A DNA stretch of 64,000 nucleotides from the IMG/VR virus record IMGVR_UViG_2061766007_002263. The stretch is one strand, 5' to 3'. The number at the start of each line of letters is the position of its first letter. The first letter of the stretch is position 1. This DNA is from a virus. Taxonomy: Duplodnaviria; Caudoviricetes. Below are positions 51,836 to 60,561 of the stretch, in pieces. The notes under the pieces were generated by a model that saw only the letters and a list, made by a program, of their open reading frames with translations, was not told the origin of the DNA and did not search any database. Made by a program: the position numbers and the translations under genes.

Positions 51836-52444
51836 ATGAGAATAGAAGTTGGTGACCATGTAACGTTCAATAACATTCCGAATGAAATCGGTTTCCCAAA
51901 AATATCAGAAGAGCTGCTTTGGAAACTTGGCACGGAGCAGACTGTGAGTGAAGTAAATAAAGACAATATCAGAATCGAAGGCTCTGATGAATGGATTCCT
52001 AAAAGCTGGGTAGAAAGCATTACTTGGAAACATCTCAATAATGAGGAAACTAAAAGGTATAACGTAATAGAAGCCGCGATACTAGAAAAAATACATAAAA
52101 GTAAAGGTATCCGTTTCTGGGAAAAATGTGAGAAATCACTTCTATGGGTGTCTTTTGCAGTTCTTATGTGTATACTCGCAACCGCCGTAATCTCTTTCCT
52201 TACGGTAGACCTCGATTTCGAAATCATTTACATCGTGACCAAAGTTCTCGCGGCTTTAGGACCGGTAGGACTGATATACATAATTTCCGTTGCCGTTTTA
52301 TTTGACTACGCTATTCAGCATTTCAAGTATAAAATTTATAAAAAAGTCATAAAAGAAAAGAACGTTACTCCGGAAGAAAATAAACGTATGCTTCTCGGAT
52401 TCCCAGAAAATATGTTTCGTCCCGGAAATAATGGAGAAACATAA
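51836..52444 (+). CDS. membrane protein
   Basis: two TM helices. Confidence 0.7.
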   Translation: MRIEVGDHVTFNNIPNEIGFPKISEELLWKLGTEQTVSEVNKDNIRIEGSDEWIPKSWVESITWKHLNNEETKRYNVIEAAILEKIHKSKGIRFWEKCEKSLLWVSFAVLMCILATAVISFLTVDLDFEIIYIVTKVLAALGPVGLIYIISVAVLFDYAIQHFKYKIYKKVIKEKNVTPEENKRMLLGFPENMFRPGNNGET

Positions 52445-52446
52445 TT

Positions 52447-52812
52447 ATGACCTTAAACATGCTTCAACTCTTGAAAAACTCCACGACTACAGACCATGAG
52501 ATGAAATGGGTTGCCGATAGGTTTATACATGAAATACGAAGCCGGTTAATAGGTGACGGTTATGTGAACGGTGAATCTTATGATATGAAGTTGCAAGACA
52601 TCCTATCCATATGTGACCTCTATTTGGAAGACAAAATCGAAAAAGAAAATAAGTCTTTTAATGTGGAATATATCGACAGCTTGAATGGCTTCAAATGTAT
52701 AACGGACGTATACTCAATATGTCTAGACAAAGAAAGAAGCCAATACGTATTGGACACTGTTTCCGGAGTCGTCTTTGTTCCTTATACGGAAACTTTGAGA
52801 ATTTGCATGTAG
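52447..52812 (+). CDS. hypothetical protein
   Basis: GGAG RBS, operonic. Confidence 0.65.
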   Translation: MTLNMLQLLKNSTTTDHEMKWVADRFIHEIRSRLIGDGYVNGESYDMKLQDILSICDLYLEDKIEKENKSFNVEYIDSLNGFKCITDVYSICLDKERSQYVLDTVSGVVFVPYTETLRICM

Positions 52813-52814
52813 TT

Positions 52815-53900
52815 TCAAAATAAATTACCGAATACTCCTTCAAGTACCGGGAGGGCAATAGCATTTCCGGCTTGTCTGCAAAGTTGCGTATCAGTGCATA
52901 CCTCAGACGCTTTGTTAAAATCTTCATCCGAGTATCCCATAAAACGCCAGCATTCTTTAGGAGTAAGATTACGAAGTGTCATCTTTCCATCACGCTCCAA
53001 TAAAAGCAGATTGTCTTTGGAGACAGTAGTAAGCGTGTTTATACCACCAGTTTTGTTAGGCTCAAGCCTTTGTGCCCATTTGGAGCTTTCGTTCACACAC
53101 AGTCTCTCATTCTTTATTTCACGACCACGCATCGCGCATATAACTTCATGCATTCCTTTCGGAAAAATAAAATCACAACGTCCTTTTAAGTCCTCTATAA
53201 GAACTTCGCTTCTTTCAGGCTTTATGTAATATTTGGGGTCAACTTTATCTTCTATGTATTTTGTAATAACTTCCGGGGCTTCATGCTTTTCAGGGAACTC
53301 ATATGAATAATCACCGAGTATAGATACCATGAAACATCTGACCCTGTTTTGAGCCATACCAAAGTCCTTCGAGTTTAAGTCCTTGTAATAATTTTTGTAA
53401 CCTTTGCTTTCCAAGAAGTCAAGCCATAGCTTAAAATCTGGCATGTTCTTGGAGCTATGAACTTGGGTTACGTTTTCCATTACCAATACTTGCGGAAGTT
53501 CCTTTGTCTCTGTCAGAAGCCTTTCAATTTCCCATAAAAGACCAGAACGTGTTCCAGAGCCTTTTTTCATTCCGGCTTGAACACCTGAACAACTCAAGTC
53601 TGTACAAGGATATGAGTATGTAAGCATATACTCATATTTATCCTTTTCCGTAATACCTAAATCTTTTCCCTTTACATTACGAATGTCTGTTGGTTCGAAA
53701 TCAGTATTGTGAATTGCATTGTAGGATTTTACTGCGTTTTTGTCAAAATCATATACCCGGTACCTTTCAAAGTTTATTCCAAGATTTCTTAAAGCCATCG
53801 ACTGGCTTCCAATCCCTGCAAAGCATTCAGTCAACCTTACAGGCTTCGTTATCTTGTATAATGGCTCTGCCGGAACCGAACCAAAAAATGTAAACGGCAT
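52815..53900 (-). CDS. dcm: DNA cytosine-5 methyltransferase
   Basis: FAGIG, YPCTDLS, ENV, QNRVRCF, LTPKECWR, QAGNAI. Confidence 0.95.
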   Translation of the reverse strand: MPFTFFGSVPAEPLYKITKPVRLTECFAGIGSQSMALRNLGINFERYRVYDFDKNAVKSYNAIHNTDFEPTDIRNVKGKDLGITEKDKYEYMLTYSYPCTDLSCSGVQAGMKKGSGTRSGLLWEIERLLTETKELPQVLVMENVTQVHSSKNMPDFKLWLDFLESKGYKNYYKDLNSKDFGMAQNRVRCFMVSILGDYSYEFPEKHEAPEVITKYIEDKVDPKYYIKPERSEVLIEDLKGRCDFIFPKGMHEVICAMRGREIKNERLCVNESSKWAQRLEPNKTGGINTLTTVSKDNLLLLERDGKMTLRNLTPKECWRFMGYSDEDFNKASEVCTDTQLCRQAGNAIALPVLEGVFGNLF

Positions 53901-53915
53901 CTTTTTATAATCACC

Positions 53916-54722
53916 TCAATTGTGCAATGTGAATCTTGAAATGCCAGACCTTTGGTTCAGCATTCCGGTTAATACCAATGCTTCCATCTTATATAAGTCA
54001 GTAGAGTTCTCATGTATGAATGGTATTACTTCCGGATTTACTTCATAATAATTGTCCAACGTATTCACAAGCTTTTCCAATACCCTCGCGTCTTCTTTCA
54101 CTTTGTCAGATACGCCGGAAATCCATTTGTCCACCGCTTTCGTTTTCCAGAATGTTTCCATTATACAGTCTATCTCATTTGTATGTTGCTTTATTACATG
54201 ACTCAAGTCTCTGTCTGTTTCATCGCAGTCTTTAACGTATTTAAGCATAACATACGGTATATGCCTGGACCATTCGTAGTCTTCGTCCTTTAAAATGCCT
54301 AGCGTACAACCACTAAAATCATCCTCAGAATTACGTAGTATTATATTCGGCGGCTTCTTGTCCAAAGCTTCTATCGCCCAGTTTCTGTTGTCTACTATTT
54401 TCCGGTATATGTCGTATATAGGCGTGTCATAATAGTCTATCAGATTCTTCAGTATCACTTCCTGAATGTTCCGTATCTGCGTACCACCTTTCATATAATT
54501 GACATTGCCAGAATCATCTATTTCCAGTTCAGGTATTTCCGTAATCGCGGGTATACGAAACCACTCAGTATCATAGTATTCGAAGTCAGTTGTTATGGAC
54601 AATAGCTTCTTTTTTGCAATGTCATATCTCCAGCTCTTCGATTCTATAAAAATCTGCGTGTCGTCTTCAAGATAAATGGAAATAAGGTCGTCCGATATCG
54701 TGTAGTAAAGTATCTTTTTCAT
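53916..54722 (-). CDS. hypothetical protein
   Basis: 268-aa ORF upstream of dcm. Confidence 0.7.
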   Translation of the reverse strand: MKKILYYTISDDLISIYLEDDTQIFIESKSWRYDIAKKKLLSITTDFEYYDTEWFRIPAITEIPELEIDDSGNVNYMKGGTQIRNIQEVILKNLIDYYDTPIYDIYRKIVDNRNWAIEALDKKPPNIILRNSEDDFSGCTLGILKDEDYEWSRHIPYVMLKYVKDCDETDRDLSHVIKQHTNEIDCIMETFWKTKAVDKWISGVSDKVKEDARVLEKLVNTLDNYYEVNPEVIPFIHENSTDLYKMEALVLTGMLNQRSGISRFTLHN

Positions 54723-54879
54723 AAATCTTTTGTTCGTTTTAATAAATATCGGCTATGTCCGTAAAAACGGTCGATACCGTTCATAATACCGATTATCTAT
54801 GATATTAACCGAAAGCTTCTTATAGAACCATAGACGGTAAAGGTGGGAGTCGTATTCATTTTATGAACAAAGTTTATGT

Positions 54880-54913
54880 ATATTATAATGTTGCGTATTT
54901 GTTATCCTTCAAA
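54880..54913 (-). promoter_or_regulatory. putative early promoter TTTGAAGGATAAC-N13-TATAATAT
   Basis: second exact copy of both boxes seen at 36216-36249. Confidence 0.6.
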
Positions 54914-54930
54914 AATACTTTTCTTAAGAT

Positions 54931-55270
54931 GTATAATAAATTATACTAGCTGGTGTACCAGTGTAATCATAGAATAATTATTAGCCGTAATGCCAGTGGA
55001 ACGCTCTTTAAAACGAAGATTGCAAAGGGATGTCCGACAGAATAAGGAATCAAAAGTAAGAGCGGCAATTTCTGAGGATGTGCATTTTTGTATACACTTA
55101 ACGGTTGAGCAGTAAGTGTACATACGTATAGTGAAATAGAGCCGCGCTGTGAGAATGTATAATTTTGTATACAGTACACAAACGTATAGTATACAAGCGT
55201 GTAGTGTACGGAAACATCGGGCTCTCTGGTTTTGTAAATGCTTAAAAATCAAAAATTTTTAAATTTTTTC
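54931..55270. other. structured non-coding element (ncRNA or origin)
   Basis: nested inverted repeats, repeated GTATA(C), AT-rich flank, no credible ORF. Confidence 0.45.
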
Positions 55271-55404
55271 GGGAATTTCGGTATGTAAACTACGTTGTCT
55301 AAATGACGCGAGTATCTTCAAACGTTCCTTAAAACGTTCTCAGTATTTACAATAGGTTATGTCCTGAAATAAAGCGGCTATGTTTAAGTATTGACTAATT
55401 ATGT

Positions 55405-55767
55405 ATGAACAATCTGGAAAAGTTTTTTGAAGAAGTTTATAAGGAAGCTTGCACAAAGAAACCGATAAGAGTTACAAGAATTCTTTATGCGTCATTACCG
55501 GAAAACATGCAAAGAAAAGAGGACTGGACAGATAGATTCTATAATTTATCTAATGATACATTAAAAGAAATGGGTATCTTTGGTGAAAATAATACAAAGA
55601 AAATCCAAGACGCTCTTCAAAAGAAGTTTGGAAGTGTGTCTACAAAATTTATTGTAAAGAAAGACCAAGAGGTTGTTGAACAAATGGGTGGAACTGGGTT
55701 TGATAAGAGTTCCCATGAAGGTCTTTATAACGCACAAGACCATAAAACAAATCCTAATTTAAAGTAA
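55405..55767 (+). CDS. late hypothetical protein (putative internal head protein)
   Basis: ACTAATTA 3 nt before ATG; N-terminal FFEEVYKEA. Confidence 0.65.
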   Translation: MNNLEKFFEEVYKEACTKKPIRVTRILYASLPENMQRKEDWTDRFYNLSNDTLKEMGIFGENNTKKIQDALQKKFGSVSTKFIVKKDQEVVEQMGGTGFDKSSHEGLYNAQDHKTNPNLK

Positions 55768-55775
55768 ACGAGGTT

Positions 55776-56411
55776 TTAAAGTGAAGATTTCGCATTGAAA
55801 TCTTCAATTTCACGTTCACTTAAATCCCCAGGCTCACATGTTGTCCATCGCCACATTGCAATTTTTTCATTAGGTAAAAGTTTAGTTTTTAATTCACCAG
55901 TTGATTTATTAAAAACTAGTAACTTCTGGTAAGGACTACCAAAGTCCTTGTAACAAGTGGCAAGAATAATTGGTTCCATAGCTGATGAGCCTCCATTTGC
56001 ATAGAAGCTTTCGATGGATGGCAAACCGTCTCCATCACTCATTAATGTCCAGCTTGTCCAGCTATCGAATGAGCTTATACGTTCTTTTTCCATTATTTCA
56101 AGCTTAAGCCCGTATTTATTTTCCAAAGCATGAGCCCGTCTTTTTATTTCTGAGTTTGCTTGTTTCTCAATGTCTTTTTTTGAACTTTTCTCAATAAATC
56201 CTTTGAAACAAAAATTACAATAAAAGTCTCCAGGAAACCCATTACGAGTAAAATGAAAATAATCGTTTGTTGTTTTATTCTTCCAGAGAAAATGCCCGAA
56301 ACGACTTCTAAACGCTAGTTCTTTTGGAAGGTAAATTATTTCTACATTTTTCCAGTCTTTTAGTTTGGCTTTCAAGGCTTCAAACAAGCAATTTGAATAA
56401 AAAGTTTTCAT
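55776..56411 (-). CDS. hypothetical protein
   Basis: GGGAG RBS. Confidence 0.7.
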   Translation of the reverse strand: MKTFYSNCLFEALKAKLKDWKNVEIIYLPKELAFRSRFGHFLWKNKTTNDYFHFTRNGFPGDFYCNFCFKGFIEKSSKKDIEKQANSEIKRRAHALENKYGLKLEIMEKERISSFDSWTSWTLMSDGDGLPSIESFYANGGSSAMEPIILATCYKDFGSPYQKLLVFNKSTGELKTKLLPNEKIAMWRWTTCEPGDLSEREIEDFNAKSSL

Positions 56412-56466
56412 AAGTTACTCCCATTTCTGGTTTAAATATTATAACTTTTCAATTATTTATCCTGTA

Positions 56467-56745
56467 TTACTTCTGTTTCTTTGAAGACAGACTTTCCGCA
56501 GTTGATGTGCTTTTTAGTTTTTCAAGCCAAAAGAGTTCACTAAGTCTATGGGCTTCTTCTTTCGTTTCTTCATCCCAATACGTAAACTGTGCTTTTGGGT
56601 ATTTTTCCAAATACAACCTTAGTTCGTCATCTGAAAAAAGCCATCCTTCTTTTCGTTCGTTATTATAATCCTCAGGTTCGACGAAAGGGTTTACAGTTAT
56701 CAAACTATTATTTTCACCGGTTGTAAGATACATAAACTTTTTCAT
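56467..56745 (-). CDS. hypothetical protein
   Basis: GGGGAG RBS. Confidence 0.7.
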   Translation of the reverse strand: MKKFMYLTTGENNSLITVNPFVEPEDYNNERKEGWLFSDDELRLYLEKYPKAQFTYWDEETKEEAHRLSELFWLEKLKSTSTAESLSSKKQK

Positions 56746-56984
56746 ACTATCTCCCCATTTTTACCTTAGGACATTTTTTGACTATTACCTAAGTTCATAG
56801 TCATGGGCAACATTCACATTTATGGATAGTATATTAAATTACTTTTTTGAATCCATCTATCAGTTAATATAAACATAAGGCACAGAAAACCAATTTTTGT
56901 GTTCCAAGAAACTTTTTTAACCCGGCGGTACGGTGTTTTAAGTACTTAGTATTTTTATGGTACTGCGATAAATAAGGAGAACGC

Positions 56985-57458
56985 ATGAAAGGTTCCTATT
57001 ACGAGATTCTTCATTATGAGCAAGTAATGATTGCACGGCGGAGTGAACTTCAAATGGCACGGTTTCGTTATCATGAAGCTAAAAAGTTATTAAAGATGAA
57101 CCAGAAGATTAAGATTAATTCTTCTGGTCGGGAATTTACAAGAGCCGACCCGCATTTTGACGGCCGTATGCTTATCGAATACGAATGTACCCCTATTTGT
57201 TTTTACGGTTACGGTACGAATGATAAGAAGCGGATGACCCTGGGCGAGTTCTATAAGTACATAAGGGCTCTTAAAGACAAGATTAAGCAGAAGAACCGTG
57301 AATATTCAAAAGCGTATGAAGCGTACATTGAAATCTCGGAAGGCTCCAAGAACTTCGAAAAAAGAAAAAAGGAAATTAAAAACTTGGAGGACGAGCTTAA
57401 AGAAGCGAAAAATCAGGTTGTCCGAATCGAGAACAGACTGGCAGTATTAAAAAAGTAA
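56985..57458 (+). CDS. basic coiled-coil hypothetical protein
   Basis: AAGGAG RBS; followed by terminator. Confidence 0.7.
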   Translation: MKGSYYEILHYEQVMIARRSELQMARFRYHEAKKLLKMNQKIKINSSGREFTRADPHFDGRMLIEYECTPICFYGYGTNDKKRMTLGEFYKYIRALKDKIKQKNREYSKAYEAYIEISEGSKNFEKRKKEIKNLEDELKEAKNQVVRIENRLAVLKK

Positions 57459-57462
57459 GCTT

Positions 57463-57497
57463 AAAAAATACCCTGCGGTTTGACTGTAGGGTTTTTT
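57463..57497. terminator. bidirectional terminator
   Basis: ACCCTGCGG-TTTGA-CTGTAGGGT with A/T runs. Confidence 0.8.
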
Positions 57498-57547
57498 ATT
57501 GCATTCAGTTCTGGCAGAGCGAGTCTTATATGCTTTTATTTTTTCTC

Positions 57548-58138
57548 TCATACCCTTATACCCAGAAGATGAATGTTATCGTTCAAAAGTTTTTCCGTTT
57601 CATTCGCGATGTTTCCGTCTTCCTTGTATTTATACCGGACCACGTAAGCGTCGTAAAGTCTTTTTATCAGTTTCAAAAGCGAAACTTTATCTATGTCTTT
57701 CTGAATCAAATCGTGGATTAATTCAGACTTGGGATTTGCGTATTCACACTCTTTCCAACAAGAAGGGCAGTCGTCGTGGCTTTTATAGTCTTCAAGCAAG
57801 TCCCTTATTATGCTTTCAAGGTCTATCTGTGTATACTTGCCTATACATTCCCAAAGCTCGTCTTCCGTAATCTTTTTGTCTTCATATGCCAGAAGTGCAC
57901 TATAAGAAAATTCAGTGGAAATCAAGCCGTGTTTCTTTGCTGTATTTGCTACATCGTTCAAAGCCTGTTCGTATTCATTGGGCTTTTCCAGTTCCAGCTC
58001 GTCATAAGCATTGTCTACCGAGTTTTGTTTAGTCCATTTCCCTGCTTCGAAGAAGTCCGTTACTATTCTTACGTTTTCCCAGTTTGTTCTGCCGGTTCCA
58101 GGGTCAAGTTTCAGATGCTTTAATACGTAAACTTTCAT
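57548..58138 (-). CDS. hypothetical protein
   Basis: 196-aa ORF in minus-strand run. Confidence 0.7.
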   Translation of the reverse strand: MKVYVLKHLKLDPGTGRTNWENVRIVTDFFEAGKWTKQNSVDNAYDELELEKPNEYEQALNDVANTAKKHGLISTEFSYSALLAYEDKKITEDELWECIGKYTQIDLESIIRDLLEDYKSHDDCPSCWKECEYANPKSELIHDLIQKDIDKVSLLKLIKRLYDAYVVRYKYKEDGNIANETEKLLNDNIHLLGIRV

Positions 58139-58142
58139 TTTT

Positions 58143-58361
58143 TTATCTGCCGCTTTTACGAATCTTGGTAACTACGGTATTCAATTTACCGTTTATTATG
58201 TTTGCTATTTCAAGGCCTCTGTCTTTGTTTTCTTCGTCTTCCGCATAACGGCTTAACAGTGAATGCAGGAAGCCTATTTCCATAGAGGATAGTGGTATCT
58301 TGTATTTATGGCTTATATCTATAAGGTATTCGTCAAAGCTTGAGTATTGTTTTTTCTTCAT
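58143..58361 (-). CDS. hypothetical protein
   Basis: GAGG RBS, operonic. Confidence 0.6.
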   Translation of the reverse strand: MKKKQYSSFDEYLIDISHKYKIPLSSMEIGFLHSLLSRYAEDEENKDRGLEIANIINGKLNTVVTKIRKSGR

Positions 58362-58364
58362 TTT

Positions 58365-59126
58365 TTAATCCTCGCAATTAGATGTACCAGTAAACGTTGT
58401 TCCTTCTGGTATGGGCTTAGCGTATAATTGGCCGTCTTTGCAAGTATCACAGTTATAATACTTTAACCCGCGCCAGATGCAGTCTGTGTATTTATCGCCG
58501 CAGGACGGTTTACAGTCGCACCATTTCCAGTTGTATGTACCGTCTGCATTATAACCAAAGTTTAAGATTGCTTTTGATTGAAGCTCGTTCAACAATGTTT
58601 CGAACTGGGCAATCTTCTTTTCATTCAGTCTGTTTTGTCTGTTTTCCTGGGTATTTTTTATTCCTTCATCATCCTTAGATTCTTTTCTATACTTAGATTC
58701 TTCTCTCAAAAAATCCTCGGCTTGTTCAACGATTTCAATAATTCCTTCAATATTTTCTTTAGGCATGAAGGGTAACATCGATTTTATAATGTTATTTGCT
58801 TTAGAAAGCCTAATTAATTTATTAAGATTTTCATCCTCAATTCTCACCGGATTTTTTGGTTTTATGATAAATCCAAAATTACAATAAAGATTAGGGTCTT
58901 TTTCGTCCGCTTTGTAAAAATGGTCACAAGAAAACGATTCGTCTTTAGAAGTTTCTTCTTTCACAATTTCCCACGCTCTAGCGTCATTACCTTTTCCTTC
59001 AATCGTTTCAAATACAACATTCCTCGATTGGTCAAGGAAACAATAACCACTACCTAATCGTTTTCCAACTAAACCTTCATCAATTAATCTTTTTTCAATA
59101 TTATTACAAATCTCCATAATATCCAT
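58365..59126 (-). CDS. hypothetical protein with Cys-rich C-terminus
   Basis: AAGGAG RBS; CDCKPSC...C...CDTC. Confidence 0.7.
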   Translation of the reverse strand: MDIMEICNNIEKRLIDEGLVGKRLGSGYCFLDQSRNVVFETIEGKGNDARAWEIVKEETSKDESFSCDHFYKADEKDPNLYCNFGFIIKPKNPVRIEDENLNKLIRLSKANNIIKSMLPFMPKENIEGIIEIVEQAEDFLREESKYRKESKDDEGIKNTQENRQNRLNEKKIAQFETLLNELQSKAILNFGYNADGTYNWKWCDCKPSCGDKYTDCIWRGLKYYNCDTCKDGQLYAKPIPEGTTFTGTSNCED

Positions 59127-59256
59127 ACTAATTATTCTCCTTATTTACTAATTCATGATAATAATCCACCAAGTTTTTTATTCCTCGGTTTTCAATCGAA
59201 CAGCTTCATTGCAAATATCAAATACTTCATTTGAGTTGATTTAATCTGGTCATACA

Positions 59257-59646
59257 TCATCCCTCGTCCTCATCGCCACGGTAATGTATTTTTGCTATGT
59301 TCCAATTAATGCGGGATAGTCGCATAACTTTTCTAAAGTTTTCTTCTCCACCAACCATGTATCTAAACGAATGTTCGCAACAAGGTATCTCATATCTAAA
59401 TGGAGAGTAGAAGCATACTACAGGATAGACATGAGTGTATCCATCATCGAAGAAACGATTTGTTTTTCTAAACAATAGCACTCTCAATACTTTTGTACTT
59501 GGAGATGTAATAGCAACATTAGATACACTATAATCCCCGAAACTGTAAGGTAAGTCTTTTAATATTGTATCAAAGGTTCTGGTTTTTGGATTCCATATTA
59601 CGAGTTCATTTCTTCTTACTCGAATGTCTCTGTTTCTATAGTTCAT
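59257..59646 (-). CDS. hypothetical protein
   Basis: AGGA RBS. Confidence 0.65.
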   Translation of the reverse strand: MNYRNRDIRVRRNELVIWNPKTRTFDTILKDLPYSFGDYSVSNVAITSPSTKVLRVLLFRKTNRFFDDGYTHVYPVVCFYSPFRYEIPCCEHSFRYMVGGEENFRKVMRLSRINWNIAKIHYRGDEDEG

Positions 59647-59719
59647 TTGTTATTCCTATTTTTACCTGAATGAAATTGGATTAAGAACATCTTGTTCGCT
59701 GCCCTTTTCTTGATAATTT

Positions 59720-60286
59720 TCATGTCTGGTTTTTTCTAGAGTCGTCATAAACCATATTCGGACCAAACCAAACATTCTCAAAATCAAATTCAGCAATGTG
59801 CTTATCTGCCAGATACTTACAGACATGTTTCGTAATTTTTTCGGCAATCTGTTCGCTTATCCATCTACGTTCCCACTTCTTTTGCTCGTAATCGTCTTCC
59901 TTGTCGTAATCAACAAGCCTGTCGTAACCTTCCTGCTCTTTGATTTCTTCCTTAACTTTGTCTTTAATTTCGGCAATCATGTCTTTTACAACAATTTCAG
60001 GAAGCGGACCGTCAAACATTGCGTCATAATCTTTTCTTGTCATGTACTCAACAAGGATTTGGTCTTTACCACAAAGCATTGTTTGAAGTACGACAATCTC
60101 TTCAGAATTGGAAGTAAGCCGAGGGTGCTCGTCATCAAAAATCCATTGCTTGTCGTTTACACTTCTTACACAAAATTTACTCTTGCGAGTTGATTTATGC
60201 AAAGTTCCGGAAACTGCGTCTACATTAAACTTAAAGGAATTACCAGCGTTGTATACGTCAACACTCTGATGATTCATGTCAAACAT
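59720..60286 (-). CDS. hypothetical protein
   Basis: GGAG RBS, operonic. Confidence 0.7.
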   Translation of the reverse strand: MFDMNHQSVDVYNAGNSFKFNVDAVSGTLHKSTRKSKFCVRSVNDKQWIFDDEHPRLTSNSEEIVVLQTMLCGKDQILVEYMTRKDYDAMFDGPLPEIVVKDMIAEIKDKVKEEIKEQEGYDRLVDYDKEDDYEQKKWERRWISEQIAEKITKHVCKYLADKHIAEFDFENVWFGPNMVYDDSRKNQT

Positions 60287-60291
60287 TTATT

Positions 60292-60534
60292 TTACTCCTC
60301 TTTCTTTTCTGGACGACTAATAAGCCTCTCGATTTCTTTTATGTCATTAGAGATAAACGTAATTGGATAATTGTGTTTGTCTTCTATCTTTCCATGCTTA
60401 TTCATATTTGCCAAAGCAATTGATGTTTGTATCCCGCGTAGAATTTCTATGTCGCGTTCGTTTTCCGGATAGATTGAATACTCGAACTTTCTTTCCTTTT
60501 TCAGGTCATCCCTTTCGTTTATTTCAACTCTCAT
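60292..60534 (-). CDS. hypothetical protein
   Basis: AAGGA RBS. Confidence 0.65.
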   Translation of the reverse strand: MRVEINERDDLKKERKFEYSIYPENERDIEILRGIQTSIALANMNKHGKIEDKHNYPITFISNDIKEIERLISRPEKKEE

Positions 60535-60561
60535 TCCTCAATTCCTTCCGAAGTTCTTTAC

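Noticed and set aside
54941-55252. Minus-strand ORFs of 103 and 70 aa
   Set aside because: No RBS and atypical composition; likely spurious.
57548-57588. Further copy of the early promoter motif (TTTGAACGATAAC)
   Set aside because: Lies inside a CDS, has a mismatched -10 box and points into a terminator.
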